From Raillietiella orientalis (lineage: Eukaryota), in NCBI GenBank assembly GCA_036172245.1, contig JAYWIR010000002.1:1984001-2048000 (forward strand): a stretch of 64,000 nucleotides of DNA. The letters are read 5' to 3'. A program made the translations under genes and the position numbers. Positions 1-12,559 of the stretch are shown piece by piece (the first letter of the stretch is position 1; every line of letters starts with the position of its first letter). The notes below the pieces were generated by a model. That model ran no database searches. It was given only the letters and a program-made list of their open reading frames with translations, and was not told the origin of the DNA.

Positions 1-2829
1 GAATTCAGAGGCCCCTAAAGGTCGACTTCCAGCCAACTGCCCTTCGAGCATAGACTACGAATCCGTACCAACATCCACTAAAAGCGAGGTGCCTTCGGTA
101 GATTTTGGTAAGGTTGGCGCAGCTTTTACTAAGCGTCGACTCAACTCGGTGCTTCGCCCACTCTTGCTCCCGTGGGAATCCATTTAAAGACCGTGGTGGT
201 CATCGGAAAGTCCCCAAGCGACGGTGAGCTCATTTCTCAAGCGCGGAAGAGCTTGGCCTGGCGTGTTTCCCGCAAGCTCAGGATATTTAGCAGCAGAATA
301 CCGAGAGCATCCTCAGAACGATGTGCCGGGATTCCAGGTGGATAAAGAGGATAAAGGAGGCATTTCAGGGCATCCATGTCCCCTGGGCTGGAGCCTGCAT
401 CATGTGCTGCGGAAAGGAAAATGAAAAATAAATAAATACGTGGGCGAACCCCAAAGCTACGGGACAGCGATGAGAATCCTATCTGCTCCTAAGGCAAGCG
501 AGCACGCGATAGGAACGGACAAATCGAGGTTCATTTGCAAAATTGTCCTCCAAAGAGGACTGCTACGATGGAGCAGTTTTTTCCTTCTTTCCCGCAAAAG
601 ATTTGTAATTCCGTCGTGTAAGTGCAGCACGCTGAGACATGCTGCTGCCAATGACGGAAGTTTCCGGTTTGGACTGTTGCGTTATACGGGCAGTTAAATT
701 CCGTTTCTAAGGAGACCGTGAGCTTATCTTTATCGATTCCCTCAGAAAAAGAAAAGAGAAGAGGAAGAGAAGCAAAGGAAACAGCAGCTTGCGAAGCCTT
801 TTTTCAGACGTCAGTCACTGCGGCGATGGATTATCACAGCAAGAAGTCGGCCAGTACCTGCTTTGCAGAGCCGCAGCTCCCGCTACGTACGGAAGTGACT
901 GCGTGTGGAAGATTAATGCAGGGAGATGCCCGGAATCTCGCCTGCCGAAGGGTTTATACGCGGTCCTCGGGGGAACATCTCACTGCTTTCGACCCGAGCG
1001 TCTCCGCCGCGTTGCGCCGTCTTTCGTCTGCGCTTGCGCCTGCGCGCGCCGGAGGGAAGATAGGGGTGTTTCGGCTGCTCGCCACCTTGACCCGTTAGTC
1101 AGGACAACGCGCCTCTCCTTGATGGGTAGAGGTGCTCCGTTTCCCTGAGTGGGACGCGTAGCGGGAGTGGCATGACGCAGCTCGCCATCCCTCCCGACGT
1201 CCAGACCGCGCTTGCGCGCGGCACGAGAGCGCTGCCCCGAATTCCCAGGGTGCGCATCCCCAGGGACCGGGAACGCTCCGCTTCCCATAAAACTTTCAGC
1301 GTGCTCGGGCGGGTTGCGGGGGCGGGAGGGCCGTCCGCTCGGCGGTGCCCGCGAGGGCGTGTGCCTGTGGAGAACACACCGGATGACTTCACGGCGAAAC
1401 GCGGCGGCAGACCCTGCTGTGCGCGAGACGAAGGGCGCGGGAACGCCCGTCCCGCTGAGGTTCTTCTCATCTTTCCTTCCTCCTTCCTTCGGGAGAGTCC
1501 GCCAACAGCGGGTTGCCTAGGCAGCGGATGAACTTGCCCGATGACCTCCTGTGGGTAACCTTGATCCGGGGCGCAGAACGGAGGAAGCAAGGAAGAGAGG
1601 AAAAGCGAAATCCGACCGGCGCCACTTCACCTCGTGCGCTGGCTCCGAGAGACTGAGGATGGCAGAAAGGACTGGGAGACACGATCCTACTGGGTAGCGG
1701 GGCGTGGGGAAACGCTCATCTCGAAGGAAGGGAGGAAGGAGAGGATGCAGAAGCGGGTCGGGAGGAACGGGAAAAGGAGAATGGGGGTGTGCCCCTGAGA
1801 GGAGGAGCCCTCCATCCCCGGAGATGCCAAGCGTCCGCGAAGAGAGGGAAGGCCCTTCCGCCTCTCTGCTCAGGACCAGCTGCGGCCGCCGATGTCCACT
1901 CCGCGCCGGGCAGTGAGGAACGGGAAGGAGGAGTGTCTCTCTGAAGGGGCATGGAACACAGTAGGCCCCCCCCGGGGGGGAGGGTACAGTCAATCCCTTC
2001 CCTGGATGGTTCTGACGGGAAGCTGCTGCCTGCTTTCCGCATCTCGCTCGCGAAGGGGAGGGTAGGAGGCACACGAGACCACTCTCCCCCTCCTCCTGCT
2101 TCCACCTCTCCACCCTCCTTCCCACGGGAGGGGACACCTTCCCGTTGGACAATATCCGACTGCCACGGATGCGGAGGGGGGAGGGAGGAGGATGCGACGT
2201 GGCCTTGCTAGAGGCAAGGTCACTATGGCACGGAAGCGAGGGGAAAAGGAAAGGGGAGGACAGGAGGAAGAGGAAGGGAGGAAGAATGGGGAGGACAGGA
2301 GGAAGAGGAACGGAGGAGGAGGAAGCCGGCAATTCTGGCAGAGGAACATCGGCTGCTCCCCCTCGAGAAGTTGCGGGGGTTGGTCGGGGAGGGTACCCAT
2401 TCCCATCTCACCGCGTATGATCTCCCCTCCTCCCCACAGTTCGGCCAGGAATCCAACTTTTTCGGAATTGACTCCAGAGCTGAATGTGGCGCACGTCTTT
2501 GGAGGAGCACAGAAGGAGCGGGGGCATCAGGATGCTTAGGACGGTGGGGGCCGCTCGATGCACTCCAGGGAGAGTCTCTACCCGCTGCTGTCGCCAATGC
2601 GCGCCCGCCTAGGGAGCTCGTGACTCGCCAAACCGACCGGAGAGTCCACGCAGGCACCGAGCTTAAAAAGTCGCGATGACGTCACAACGATCTAGTAGAA
2701 CGCCGCGACGTGCGAAAGCCATCTCACGCTACGAAGCTGCCCTCCTGCCCTGCAGAAAACACCGTGGGTGATCGCGTGAGGTCTTTCCCCAGTCCGACGA
2801 GCGGTGGGGTAATCCAGCAAAGATGCCAT

Positions 2830-4900
2830 AATAACAAAATAACATGAAAACAGATGGATTACTGCATTCAGGTTGGTGTCACAGGCGCTGGAGGCACTTA
2901 CCCTTGTGTCTGGCGCTCCGCTGGTTCACTCTACACGTGGGGTCCTCGCCTTTGGAATTAAGTTTGTGCAAGAAAGGCAAATGGGAGGTTGGCTTTCTAT
3001 ATTTTTTCAGAATTCAGCAGTAGATACAGGGATCTTACCACAGCCTGGATGCCAGTCTCCCTCTTCAAAAGTTCCATCAAGATGTTCCCGGCTGCTATTT
3101 TTAGATATCCCTTTGGAGTTTGGTCCTCCTTCCGAGGATGCGCGGGACGGCGATGGTAGCCCTCGGCATGGGGTTGTACTTCGGGGCATTCTCTTATCCT
3201 TGCAATAGTTCTCTCAGGACTTCCAACTTATGTGTCCCTGGAGACCCGCCGCCTTTCCCGTCTTCGAGCCACGCACGAGGCACGTGTTTTCCAGAGTTCT
3301 TCCGAATGGACGCAGCTCTGCCATTTCAATTTCCTGACCAAGATCGGGACACAGGATCTCTCTATGACAGGATACCAGGAGGTCATCCACCGGAGGCAGG
3401 TCGGAGTTCCAGAGGGTAGCCCCAATCGCAAATGGGCTGAGGGTCGATATTTTACAGCTGACTCTTATTAGCCCCAACGCTTCTTCGTCCCTCATTACAT
3501 GGCTTTCCAGAGCCATGGGATTACCCTTGGTCCCTTCAGACTTGCCACAGTTCCTGGAATTTCTGAACTTGTAGGTTGCCCAGCCCTGAATCTGACTGTA
3601 GTGCAAGAGCAGTCTCGCTTCGTGGGCGTTGTCTCTTAGCGTAGACTGCTCGCAATCCTGGTAAAGCGCGGTCCTAAGGATCCATGCCTCCATGGCTTCT
3701 TCTCTCAGCTCCCCTTTCTTTTGTTTTTACTTTTGACGCAGGTCTACTGAGGAGAAGCTGTTTCCTCAGTCGGGTCCACTGCCCTGCTTTCCCGGAAATG
3801 GCGGCCACCATGCATTTGTTCCTCTTGGATGCACCTTTCTGTTGATATGCGACTATTTGTCCCAGTCGGTTATGTGGCTCAATCAATGGTCAGGGATCTT
3901 CGAGCGGGGTGGCACATGCGATTTCCCGCATTCCAGTGCCACCCACCTCCCGCGGAAGGCATAAATTTTTTTCCACACTTAGCATTCCTTCTTTCCACAG
4001 CAGCGATCGCACCATTTCCGTCAGTTTCTTGGTCGCCTTGCCGAGCACCAAGCAGAAGCCGCGCCCAACAGAAAGTTGGGTGCCAAGACTACCCTCCATG
4101 GGACCACAGTCCCCTCCTTGAGGTGAACGGAAGACCTGCTGTATTTGGTCATTCCCTCACTGATCGCCGCTGTTGCACCCGGCGACGAATACAACGAACG
4201 ACGCATATCCCATGTGCACTCCAGGTAAGTAACGTTGTCGATTATCCCAAATCCGTTTGGGTAGCGATCTCCAGGATCGCTGGTTTCTACTTGTCGGGAT
4301 TTATCTGCAGTCTAGTCCAGAGTCTTTCATCTCAGTGAGGGAGAAAAGCGCCTCCTGATCTTTCTCTTCTCTCGTGTCAAAGAGATCACTGGCCTGGGCC
4401 AGAAACGTGACGGACTCTTTTCCGAGTCGAGTGTCCCCAAGTTTACTGCCCATGGTGGCAGAGGTTCCTGTCGCCAACTCCGTCTAGAAGACGAAAAGTA
4501 TGCCAGTCAGGGCATCTCCTTGAAGGATTCTTCTTTCCATTGAGATAGCTGATGCAAATGAGGAAGTTGGCCTCGTCGAGGACGGATTCTACGTATGCCC
4601 GGGAGCCCAATTTCCGTCCTCCTTCAAGCAGTCAAATTTTCCCAGGATTCTGAGAATCATCTCCTGGTCCATCGAGTCGAATGCCTTTTGGATGTCGTTT
4701 CGTCGCAGGGCCACATCGTTTCCTGCGATCCTGTTGATTATTAGGAGGACTTGGAAGCACTTGAAGTTCTCCCATGTGTGGGTTCTGGGGTCTCAACATT
4801 TTATGCGGAAGAGATCACTGACCCCAGCATTTTCCTCATTTTCTTAGCCTGGATGTTCTGCAGCCATTTCACATCTGTGCTCAGGGCCGAGATCACGCGA
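2830..4900 (-). mobile_element. Decayed non-LTR retrotransposon (L1/Tx1-like) reverse transcriptase region
   Basis: Minus-strand translation gives DIQKAFDSMDQEMILRIL (D..KAFD), ILQGDALTGILF (QGD.LS..LF), FLAQASDL (degenerate YADD) and VTYL, interrupted by stops and frameshifts. Boundaries approximate. Confidence 0.75.
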
Positions 4901-6324
4901 AGTGCTGATGCGCAAACAGGCAGCCGGCGAGCAAATCGAGGAGCGGCATCACCAAGGTGACGACGAAGTGGATCGTCAACAATGAGTTAGGCTGGAGTTG
5001 CCTGGCAAACAATACGACAGATGTTCGGCCCTTCAAACAACTGCGAAATGAACTCAGATCCCCCCTCCCCTATGGCAGTGAGTGCCTACAATTTCCCACC
5101 GCGAAAAGGTCAACGGAAAAGGCGCGGGGCAAGAAGTCTGCTTTATAACTCCGTGATAGAAGGAAAAGCAGGCAAGCAAGACTACGGTAAACCATGTTTC
5201 CACACTGCCACCAAAAAACATCAGGCTATAAAAGTCCAAGCAGACGACTTTACTCTGGAGTCTCTGCGTGCTGGGAGACACACGCAAGGAGCAGGGATGA
5301 GGACACCTCTTGTTCCCTGTAAGGAAAATGCGTCTTTCAGCGGCATCGAACGCTGTTCTGACGGTGTTAACTGCTACATGAGAAAACCGAATTCATCCGA
5401 GCGAATGCAACATAAAAGAACAATCGAATTTCGAGGGCATATGCTGATGAAGGTGAACTTCCTAACGAAGAGTATGCGCAGCAATTAAAACGGTAGCTGA
5501 CGTGTTCTAGGACTCGGGGATCTGCGCTAATCACGCCAAGCAGCTTCTGTAACATTTATGGTGTGTCAGTTACTTAGACTGCATGTTGTCTACGAGGTTG
5601 GATATATGTGAAAGATCATTCTTTTTATTACAGGGACGAATGGTACGTTGGTCACGACATAGTCGCTTCGGTACTTCCAGACTGCGTTGGTATTTTCACT
5701 TTCTCATTAAAACTTTCTCTATTAGCTCGGCCATTTGGAGAAATTCGATTTAATTGAGAAGACATCCGAAAATGTTACGGATTTTTGAGATCCCACTCCT
5801 GCTGAGCTTTCGTTTCGTTGCATCCGTCTCAGAGTCCTAGTGCCACTCAAGATAATTTGTATTTTGTACATGGCATCACTCAAAGTTCTATCATCTGAGT
5901 AATCTCCACATTCACCTCATTGCTCAGAAAATTTCCTGTTAAGGACTCTTCTAATTGAGCTCATGTCCATGAACGGTGTCTCTAGGATATGTCCAGCCGA
6001 AGTGTGTATGAAAGGTGTCTTTATAATTGCATTGCAGCCATGAGTCATTGAGTAAATGCAATATACGATTCATCCTTTCGTTATACATTGGTTTTAGGAG
6101 GCTTTTGTTATGGATTTTTTTTTTACATTGAGCTTTCGGTAATCCATTTTCCTACGGGCTTGTCAGGAATGATCTTTTGTGCTACTAAATGTTTCCGTGC
6201 AGATAATTCTGTTGTGGCGGCACATGGCTGAGAAATTTTTGGCTTCGTGTGGCAGCCTTTCCAGAATGAATCGTCACGATTGAGCACGAAGCTGCATAAC
6301 CAAAAGTAAAGTTCCTTTATCTCT

Positions 6325-6345
6325 AGAGAGAGAGAGAGAGAGAGA
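6325..6345. repeat. (AG)n microsatellite
   Basis: About 10 AG units. Confidence 0.8.
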
Positions 6346-6873
6346 TTAGTTGTTCGACTCGTAGAGGCTGTGGTGGTGCCATAGATGCAGTTCACTTCCC
6401 ACTTGCTCTTATTTAGGGCAAATTGTGTGTGGTTCCCTCAATTTTCCCAATTTCTTTAACCGAACGTCTTTCTTGCGAAATAAGAAAGCCGTCAGAACTG
6501 CTGCTTTGCAGCTTTTCACCTAATGGGATGGATGAAGGCTTCATTTAGGCAGGAAAACAGATATTAAAAATACTGACGACGTGTTCTGAACTGTTTGACG
6601 ATTCGACGAACTTCACAAACTTTGCCAGGCTCTCCCTTGTTACTGTTCTCAATAAAAAGGGACTGCACAAGGCCAAACTCCCCACTTATAATTTTTCAGG
6701 AACCCCCGGTCTTGCAATGCCACTTGCTACGAAGAATAGGTCTTTGAGGCACACTGATCTGATGCTAACAGAAGATACCACAAAGAGGAAATTTGGTGTT
6801 TTCGAAGCACACCGGTTATTTTCATGTGCACGAACGCATGTACAAATTAAGAAAAACCTGCATTTCTAATGTA

Positions 6874-6879
6874 TTTATT
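6874..6879 (-). terminator. Candidate AATAAA polyadenylation signal for TM9SF3 (alternative at 7201-7206)
   Basis: TTTATT on the plus strand about 370 nt past the stop codon. Confidence 0.35.
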
Positions 6880-7249
6880 CACATACAAAGTACACAAGTT
6901 ACAAGATATAATACGCTATGCGCCAGGATTTCCTACTGATCTGGTCATGGATTAGTTACAACAAGCATTTCAGATTGGAAACTTGGCTAAACACGCACTT
7001 TGATTTGATTTAAACTCACAAAACACAATTTCTTAGTTTTCTTCACAGAGTTGGGAAATATCTGTTAAAAAACAAATATATGATTAAAAACCATTAAAAC
7101 TTTAAGCCCCAAACTAATTCGGGGGACTCCCCAAATCTACAGGATACATACATAAGGCACGTGGCTGTTCAGAATGCAATTTTTAATTCCGAAAATCATA
7201 TTTATTTATTTTTTAGGATATCAGCGATCACATATGTTGTTCATATAAC

Positions 7250-10200
7250 TCAGTCGATCTTTACAGTCGAGTAAATTTTGTGAGCAAATAAACTGCTTCC
7301 TATAAAACCAAAAGTTCCACACATAATACCCAGTGAAAGACTGAAAAGGGCCATATGTCCAAAATAGAACACTGTTTGGAAAAAACCATACATCCTGAAA
7401 CAAGAATCATAAGCACACCAAATGCGGCAACTTGAGTGTGCAACTCACTTCGTTTTGAAATAAAAATAGTAAATGCAATAAAAGTACACATAGATAGCTG
7501 TGGAAGCTCCTGACAAAAAACTTGTCCATTGCCAGCGGTAGTCCTCTGCATTTAATAAGAAGTAGGTAGATACAATGGTCACACATATAGTAACTACAAT
7601 TAAGATCAGAAACACCAGCAACATGAATCCGTATACATAGTAAATCTTGTAGGCCCAAAATGATGTAAAAATAAAATACCTAGAAAAAAAACACTCTCTT
7701 TGATGTTGTTTCTATGCAAACTTACATCTCAATAAAGATTGAGCCAAATGGGAGAATTCCACCAAGTGGGATAACAAACTCAGTTTGCATAAACCATTTC
7801 TTCTCAGGAATTGGTCTTGGAACGGCATTCACCCGGCAAGGATAATTTGGTTGTCCTGCCAAATTCCGACCAAGTACTGTACCTACAAGAGTCAGGGGAA
7901 GAATGGCAAATAAACAAATACAGGATATGGTAACCTAGAAAAAAAGGAGAAAAAAAAAAAAACGGGATTTTCTATTCTGTTATTTTATGAAGACCAAATT
8001 TACCATAGTGCCAAAGGGTATAGCACGGGAAGCATGATAGCTGATGGCTACAAAGTTTATCAAGAAGCTTGTGCCACATACTAATGCAGGAATAAGAAAT
8101 GCTGAAAGCAGCATTTGCTGAATCCATAGTTGGCCTCCCATTCTTGAATACAAGCTACCACCAAAATATCCATTAACAGGGGAAGTGATGGCATAAATGG
8201 AAATAGCAGTGCTGATCAGAGAACCTCGTCTATTGCAAAACAAAAACCCTGAGAACACTTTTGGTTATTACATGTACTCACTCTGTGTAGAGTTCTCCCA
8301 AAATAGCTGTAATGATCACTAGTAAGGATACTAATGACATCTGATAGCCAGAACCAATTAAAGCACTAAGTAGAAGGCGATGAGGAGGTGGGCGGAACAC
8401 ATCTCCATGCACCTGCTTCCAGCCATATTCATCACCCAAATCTCGTTCCTGGGAAAGCACTTCAATGTGTTTCAAATGATCAATTGTATAAATGTCTTTA
8501 ACTCACAAGGCTCTCCAAATCACCATCTTTGCTATAACGGGCATAGTCTTTATGCAGAGTACGCAGCAAGATTATGGCAACCAAACCAACAAGGAATACA
8601 ACCATCATGAAGGAATTGAAAATGGAGAACCAATGGATCTAAACAACCATGACCTTCTCCTCAAGCCACAAACTTACACGATGTTGGAAGAAGTATGGAT
8701 CTAAATATTTGTCAAAGCGATCTTGGAATCTTCTGGATGAAGGAGTCCATACTACTTCATATGTCTGACTGATTTTTGTAGCTTTGTCCAATAAAAATTT
8801 ATTCTGTGATGTTAGGTTAGCCTCCACAATCTGGTCACCATTATAGCTCAGATCGAACTTCTTATGAGTCCATATAAAATATTTGTCATTTTCTATATCA
8901 CCCACAACTCCTGAAGGTATTGATAGCAAACATCGGAAATGTCATATGCATGCAATGTACCCCAAACAGGTAGATCATCAATGAACATCTGATACCAATA
9001 GTGGTTCTTGATTGCATACTGAAGACTTCGTAGTTGTTCCTCATTCAATTCCATTTCACAATAAATGGTGGAGACCTGATTGACTACAACAAAGTTATCT
9101 GCATCAGCACTGGCAGTTTACCTTTGAAGCCAACTTCCAGACCACTATGTTCAAGCTCAACACCTTGAATGGCTTCCCCTAAAGTTTCATGGTAGTGATT
9201 GATATCCTGCTTAGTTCCATGGCAAAAAGGAAGAGAAAAAAATCTGTATCTTTCCTGACGATTATGATAAGGACCAACTGTGTCCATCCATATGATCACT
9301 TCATCACCTGGTTTATACTGGAATTAAAAAGAATAACACTTTGAAGACACAATTGTCATGTGCATAGCTGATCATATTTAAACCTTCAAAACTTAGGTGC
9401 AACAAAAACAACACAATTATTTCGAAAGTTCTCATCTTTCCTACCAGAAAAATGAATGTTAGTTATTATTATCCTTGTCAGTTATAGGTTCCTAGACAAC
9501 TAGTTTTAAACTGCCAACTAAGAACACTTGATATGGTTTTGTTAAGGAAGCACAGAAAGACAAACAGGCCCAAGATTTTTCACCCAAATAATGTTATTTG
9601 ATTCAAAATTTTCAAATGCACATTTATGGAAGAAAATTTGTAACATAAAAGAAGTGACTGATGACATCTTTGCAACATATAACTAGACAACTCGTGATGA
9701 GTACTTCAAAAATTCCAAAAATACCAACTGCATATCCGAAAAAAAAATACTCATGTTTTCATTTGTGTCTAACAGTCAATAGTTTCGCTGTTTTAAATGC
9801 TTCTTTGCTTCCTAAGTATTTCAGCTCCAAAAAATCACTACTTTTCTAAAACTTTATACTGAATTCACGTTTTTCTAGTAACTCTCACTATGAAAACATC
9901 ATATCATCTAAACATGCATTTCATACATACAATGATTCTATGCAATATTTGAAACCACAAATATCTCCAAACGATCTCTTTCTTACTCTTAGTCAAGTTA
10001 GTCCTTTGTGCAATTTTTTTGCATGCTTATGCACCATGGTGTTGAAACACCTATCATAACCTACCCCTCTGATTTTTTCCATGGGTCTTTGAGTCTTTAA
10101 TCTAATAAACCTTCTTATTCTGATCAGAATGCACTTAATTTTTAATTCTTATTATTGAATGCTCCACAATTGTAACACAAAGTGCCTTTTAGCATAAATA

Positions 10201-12238
10201 ACAAAATGAAAACACTCTTAGATGGAAATTCAATTTTTTAAATTGTTAGAAATGAACTATTTTCTGCAATTGAATACATCCCAAGCAACTCAATTAACAT
10301 GGATCCATTCAATAGCAAATAAAGGAACTTCTAAAAACTCAACTTGGAACATATTCCTTCATGCAATGAACCAATGAACCTCACCTCTTACTAGATGCTG
10401 AAGTATCATCATCAGGCTATTAGCTAGTTCTCTTACTTAATTGTAAAAACATTCCACAAGGAGGTTCTATTCATCTATAAAATCTACCCACCAGCTTCCA
10501 TTAATTGATAAGTAATGCAGGGAAAAAAAAAAACACACACACACACACCTACTGAAATGTTAAGAAATATCATGCTTTATGTGTCTTCAGTTATTTGGTA
10601 AAGTCTTTGTCATTTTCACTGATAGTAGCATTATCATCATCAAAACTCTCTTTCTTGTTCTCATTCCAAAGGGGAAGTTTATCATTTCAACTTCAACATT
10701 AAGGCAACTACCATGCTTATAAAAGTAATGCTCTGAATACACGAAATGAACACTATACCAATATGAGAGAAATACATTAATGACTATCTACTAATCAATA
10801 AAAAAACTGCTTATAACATGGGGGAAGAATTCAAATTTCAAATCAGGTGATCATACATGGATTGTACTTTCCTATGCTCCAATCCCTCAAAAGCAAAACA
10901 TAGGCTAATATTGTGGTTCTTTTCTGCTTTTCTCTAATTCTTCCTTTTCTCATCTTGATCTGCAGAAAAAATACTCAAATTTATGATTTTCCAAACTACT
11001 ACATTGCTATATTACACTGCAATCTGTGTTCAAAAATTACATATGATTTAAATTGTGTGTATGACTACTTTTGAGACCAGTATCAAATGAACCTTGAAAA
11101 ACTGAATTCCTGAAAACTGTTTCGATCTCATGAAACCATAAATATCTTTTAAGAGTATTTAACTGACGATATTATGAACCAGAGGTTGTAAAAAAGTATT
11201 TTGTTGTATAAAACAATAAATTTTTAAAATTCCCCCCATAAATCTATTCAAAATTCTGGTCTTTTCTGATGGATGCTTTTACATCATTTTTCATGCATGG
11301 TTCTTTCTTCCTAATTAAATGCTAGCTGCCAAAATGCCTCAATACTTGTTTTTTTTCTTCTTTCCTTCAAAGAACTCAATTCGAGATTTCATTTGGGATC
11401 AACTATGGAATTAGTTGATCAGCACATCATAATCACATTATTTGTCTTTGCCTTCTTGCATCTTACCTTTGTTCATCTAATTGAATCTTCATGAAAATCA
11501 AAATGATACAACAAATATTCTCAGCCTCCACTGAATGCAAAACACATTACTTTCCCACCTGACTTATGATTTTCAAGTTATGAATATCAATAGTGAAATG
11601 TATATTCATATGACAAACCAGATGAATTTGGATTTTCTTCAGCAATGCATGAAACCTTGGGGTCAATAAATAATGCTACCTAAGCTCGAAATGCATGAAT
11701 CCTATCGTGACATCACATACATTTTCTTGTAGATTTGTTGTTTAAAACTGTCATCGTGGGTTCTTACAAATTATTACATAGCTGTGGGTCATCTGCACAA
11801 AAGGGGTGCACTTCTTTGCAAAGCACCACAGGTACCACAAAATAAAAGGGCAAGAATAAAATGGCAAAACAGAAACTGAAAGAAATGAATATACATCAAG
11901 CATGGAAAAAATTATGATGAAGCTAAGCTCTTCATGATATTTTATTATACCTCGATTCTCTAAAGACATGCCAAATGTCTCATAACCGTTACAAATATCA
12001 AACTATCAGATTTTGTACCTGAAATACACTTTATTTCATATTTAACTTTCAATCTGAAACTGTGAAATACCTCAAGGAAATAGGGAATAAGGAGGAGACG
12101 GAAACAAATATGAAAACAAAAAAATAATCTGATTAAGACCATACGAACCTTATGTGTATGCTCGTCACTCTGGACTTTATCACATATCAACAATATAAAT
12201 ACACTTAGAACAAAACAGAAAAACATGATATACTGCAT
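7250..12238 (-). CDS. TM9SF3: Transmembrane 9 superfamily member 3 (nonaspanin), 583 aa, 10 coding exons
   Basis: Exons read by hand, all GT-AG with consistent phase: 12238-12149, 9317-9122, 9083-8961, 8910-8678, 8638-8507, 8448-8282, 8229-8004, 7934-7726, 7679-7449, 7394-7250 (1752 nt incl. TGA). Signal peptide followed by DEHTHKY. Motifs [71 protein letters not shown] and C-terminal KIYSTVKID (KxD/E Golgi-retention end) are typical of TM9SF3. Confidence 0.96.
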
Positions 12239-12329
12239 ACGATGGGCTTCAGGTAATATTATACACAAGAGCTTTGAAAGATCATTATCACGATGAAATG
12301 CTCAAATTCAAAACAATAATTATTTACAT

Positions 12330-12559
12330 CTGTAAGCAAGAACACGTGAAACAATAGCAATTATGTGCAAAGCAATGTCGACACAAAAACTTTCACAACT
12401 CCCAATTATTTACTCCTTTCAGATTACTTTCCCATCTTTCACATTTTCACACCATTCATTGTCAGTGATACTCATTTTAAGGAGCTTTCTGTTGTTTTAT
12501 GAGCACGTAATTTCCTTGAACACCAAACAACTGAACCCCGGTTTATCCACGTATCTTAC
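12330..12559 (-). other. Probable 5'-UTR intron of TM9SF3
   Basis: Minus-strand donor C|GTAAGA at 12559 and acceptor TTCTTGCTTACAG at 12330, about 90 nt upstream of the ATG. Inference only. Confidence 0.45.
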
